In this document: positions 60,259 through 64,000 of the stretch, one piece after another
Layout of the letters: each line of letters opens with the position of its first letter
Position numbering within the stretch: position 1 is the stretch's first letter
DNA from: the human T2T-CHM13v2.0 reference genome, Homo sapiens
DNA: 64,000 nt
Reading direction: 5' to 3' (one strand)
Assembly (NCBI RefSeq): GCF_009914755.1
Contig: NC_060928.1
Position numbers and translations under genes: made by a program
Notes under the pieces: generated by a model
Told to the model about the DNA's origin: nothing
The model's input: the letters and a program-made list of their open reading frames with translations, nothing else
Database searches by the model: none

Positions 60259-61607
60259 AAATTCCAAGATTCCTAATCCATCCCTAATTACTGGCTAGAG
60301 AGGGATAAAATTCTGATACTGACACATATGTTTGGATGGCACTCCTCTGTCTCTGTCTTCTGCTACTGGTCAGACAAGCACAGCAGGTACCATTTATTCT
60401 ACAAGAAATTTCTGAGTGTCTGTAACAGAACAGTGTTAGTTAATTAGGGATTAGACATAGGCCATGAATAACAATATTTCTCATCGTGGACACTTTACCT
60501 AGAGTGACTATCATTGTGGTCAGGCCAATTCTGGACACGTATTTATTTTATTTTATTTTATTTTTTATTGTTAGTTGCCGAAAGGTAGATTCTTCTGCAA
60601 GTTTTATAAAACCTCAAAAACTAAGTGACAGCACTTAATCAATACTTCTTGTAACAATTAAATTAAAGTCAGAAGAGCATTTCCTTACTTAGTTCTAGGA
60701 AAGTAAAAGTCAATCCCATACCAACTGGGAGACTTAATTCCAAAGCAGGTTTAACGTTGGCCTGAGCTGTTTACTAAAATAAGAAACGTACCTGCCTTGA
60801 GCTTACTCCTGGTCATGACATGGAACATACTTTTGAGAAATTTCCATTTTTTATTGATTCACAATTATTGTAGTAAGATTGATCATTTGTATCTGGTTTT
60901 GTCAAGATACCTGGAGGGCTCTGTTGCTTGGCTGGTTACACAGCAAGACTATGTCTACATGACCAGCTGAGTAAAAGGAAACCTGGCTGAAACTGAATTT
61001 TAGATCATCTTGTTTGAGGTGTTTTTTTCCACACATCCATGGTTTCTGGACCCAGAGAGAAAAATATAAGGACCATATTCTGGTATGGTCCTTATAGAGA
61101 GAGGGCAATTAGACCCTTCAACTAGCTTCTCTGAACCCATTTCCCTGAGCCAGCCTACGGCTGTGATACACATCTTTACTTTAATGCAGTTTCTATATTT
61201 TATCATTTTCTTGCAATAAACTGCAAATTTGCAAGCACCGTCACTTGGATTCTGCCAGTCTTTGTCAGCAACAGAAGCCTGTCTAAGTGCCACAGTTAGT
61301 GTGTGCTTACTGACCTAGGTAGGCAGACTGAATTTACAAGGAAACATTAACAACAGGCAGAAAGAGCAAATTGTGTCATTCCTTAGACAGGCAAGAGAAT
61401 TGGACAAATCGTCTACAACCACCAGGTCATTCATTTTTTGGCAATTTTTGTTAGAGTTTGTTTTTAGACAAATAGACAATGATCATTGCATTGACACAAA
61501 CCATTAGCTTTCCAGCTTTTGAAATTCTTTAAAAACAATCTAAGCTGCACCAGGCTAACAAAACAGATATTAATGATTGTCTCCGTGAATGAAATTGGGA
61601 AACTTAC

Positions 61608-61681
61608 GTAATTATTGCCTAGGTGTGGAGAGAATTCCTCAAGCTGTCAGTTCTTGGTTTTTCCTTGTGCAGAGTGCTCAC
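61608..61681 (-). other. EMCN: EMCN penultimate exon (74 nt: 35 nt coding + 39 nt 3'UTR)
   Basis: Acceptor tcttctgttctcag|g and donor tac|gtaagt on the minus strand. Confidence 0.9.
61647..61681 (-). CDS. EMCN: Endomucin C-terminus, last coding segment (phase 1): (G)EHSAQGKTKN*
   Basis: gt gag cac tct gca caa gga aaa acc aag aac tga matches the recalled endomucin C-terminus ...TISHESGEHSAQGKTKN; upstream exons lie beyond position 64000. Confidence 0.92.
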
Positions 61682-64000
61682 CTGAGAACAGAAGATATGT
61701 TTTGATCTGTAAGCTCAGAGACTGAGTAAGGATGAAAATAAAGTTTCCTAGCTTTTTTCTATTTTTCAAGGAAAGTTCAACTTTCCTGCAAGAATGTCAT
61801 TAAAGCCACCATTTGCCTCTTGGTATTGTCTAGAAATTAGTCACCAAAATATATGAACTTTTCCCAGACATCATCTGTTTTCACTTTAAAGTAGCAATAT
61901 GAAGTCCTGGGTGGGATAGGTCAGGGGGCAGTGGGGGCGGGGATGTGAGTTGGGAGATGATAACATTAGAGAAACCCTGGGGAATAAGTATTGATTTTTG
62001 CTTGTTACATGAGCTGGCTGTGCCTAAGCAAGCCCATGTCATGTGTTTAAAGTGCCATTTTATCAGGAAGACATTCTAGGGTCCTTCTGTTTAAATAATT
62101 CAGTGAGGGTTTTGTGAAAATGAATTTATAGGCCAATATGAACACTTGGGTGATATACAGAGCAGCGCAGGTGCCATTACTCAAAATCCCAGTGCTATTC
62201 CACCATCCAATATACAGAGAAATATTAACCTAGGATGGTGGCAAGCTGAGAGGCCCCAAGTATTTTTCACATGCCACTGGATTCATGACCAATATATTTC
62301 GCATTACTTGTGTCCTTCAGGTAGAATCGAGTATCAACATCAGTCAAACAATATAAAAGCAATATAGGTCAAATCTCCGGCTTTTAGAATAATTCTCATC
62401 ATTTTGCTCCAGCTTTTATCTGCCACTTGTTAGGAAATCTGTCCTTTCGGGACTCTGAGGATGTCACCTGTTACTTGTACCATCACGGCAATAATAAATA
62501 GTGCCAGAGACCTCTGAGGAGAACAAATTCAAGACTCCTCTTCAAGAGCTCCTTCGATTCTATGCTCTGAGAAATGTTGGGCATAGTTCTGCAGCACCCC
62601 CAGCCCCTGCTCCAAGGCAATCTTTTGCTAACTATTGTTCGTTTTGCAGAAGACACAGCACCTGCTTGGAACCCACGGCTATGAAGTACTGGAATGAGAA
62701 GTAAATAAAATAAATATTGAGTCATCCCCTAGTATCTGCCAGAAGTCATGCAAAGCAAGTCATTGAAAATCTTTACAATTCTTAATATTCTTCCTCAAGG
62801 TCTGTTTAATTGACAGACTAGAAATTTTGAGAAAAATTTAATAACAATATGATATCAGTAACAAGAATAATGATATTTATAGTAAAAGAAAACAACCCAC
62901 ACACATATCTAGTGAAAAAAAAATCCAGAGGGAAATATATCAAATACCAGTAGTGGTTGTATGAAGATCGTTTCATAGGTAGTTTTAAATTCTTTTTTAT
63001 TCTCTATTTTTTTCTATTTTTCATTATGCATAATCTGGTCAAATATTAAAATGGTAGTTTCAGCCATGAAGAAATATTATAAGGCAGTAATATATGTTAA
63101 TTTGCCAAATTAACAACATGTTAAGATGAGGGAAAGACTATTTGTAGTTGAAACAGTCAAGGAAGCTTTGGTGGAAATGCAGAGAATGAGACAAATATTG
63201 ACGGGCTGCGGACAGAAGAGGATTCTATATATGGCTTTATAAATTTGTGAATGTTTTGTTCATTTTTACTCTGTGGTTTTTTTTTGTTGTTAATGAACTT
63301 TTACTTGTAAAAATAAATAAGCAAACAAAGATGACTATGCACTTAATGAGTAATTGCCATAGCATACCAATTAGTTAGTTTGCTAATGACATATTAATTA
63401 TATGTAATTACCATTAGAGGGGTAAGTGTACATGACAAAGGAGAGCAAGAGACTCTCTCTTCCTTCTAGAAAGCTGGGTTCAGAGAGAGAGACAGTCAGG
63501 GGACAGGGAAGGGAATGAATGAAGTCGGAGAAATATGCATTATTATTGTATATCAAGTGCTTTCAAAACTGAGCTAGAGAAGGCAGGCACATCATGGACG
63601 GTGTTGCAGACATGCTAAGGTGTTTGAACTTAACCTTAAGTTATTACTTATCAGAGTCTTCCAAGTAGAGGAATATTCTAATGAATTCAGATCTGATTTT
63701 TCTTACTCTAAATGGTTCAAAATCAACTGATGCCTTGAAGCTAAGTTTAGTGATGCAATGTTTTTCTTCTTCCATAGAGTCATATATTTCTAATTTCAAG
63801 ATTTTTCTTTATAATTTATATGACTTGACATATTAAAAGTGAGATAATGTGTATTAACTGTCTGAGATGATATAAATAAGAATCATGTTTAAAATGCATG
63901 TCACACATACATTTTTTAGTCAATCATGGTGATGTTTAACCTGACAAGATCGCTTACTAAAGCTGAGAAGTAGCTTATATGTTCTTATGAAGGACTCCTT

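Noticed and set aside
60700-61560. Scattered ETS/SOX-like motifs suggesting an endothelial enhancer
   Set aside because: Short motifs at roughly background density; cannot be supported without chromatin or conservation data

Overview
AT-rich, repeat-dense primate (most likely human) genomic DNA, not a prokaryotic or viral locus. The only gene I recognise is the 3' end of EMCN (endomucin) on the minus strand. Its last coding exon (61608-61681) encodes the C-terminus ...GEHSAQGKTKN*, followed by an ~11.9 kb intron lying entirely within the 3'UTR and an ~3 kb non-coding terminal exon (49696 down to ~46672). Positions 1 to ~46.6 kb are downstream intergenic DNA made largely of Alu, L1, L2, MIR, LTR and DNA-transposon fossils. 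Most notable: (1) a composite L1 in which a young 5'-truncated L1PA replaced the middle of an old L1PB, fusing ORF1 in frame to the ORF2 RT domain (576 open codons); (2) a candidate in-frame EMCN cassette exon giving an alternative cytoplasmic tail; (3) a (TTG)11 microsatellite serving as the terminal-exon polypyrimidine tract; (4) two unexplained pairs of diverged direct repeats; (5) a full-length HSMAR2 inserted at the YADD motif of an L2. I found no convincing novel multi-gene system. Repeat subfamily names are from recalled consensus sequences, and boundaries of old elements are approximate.
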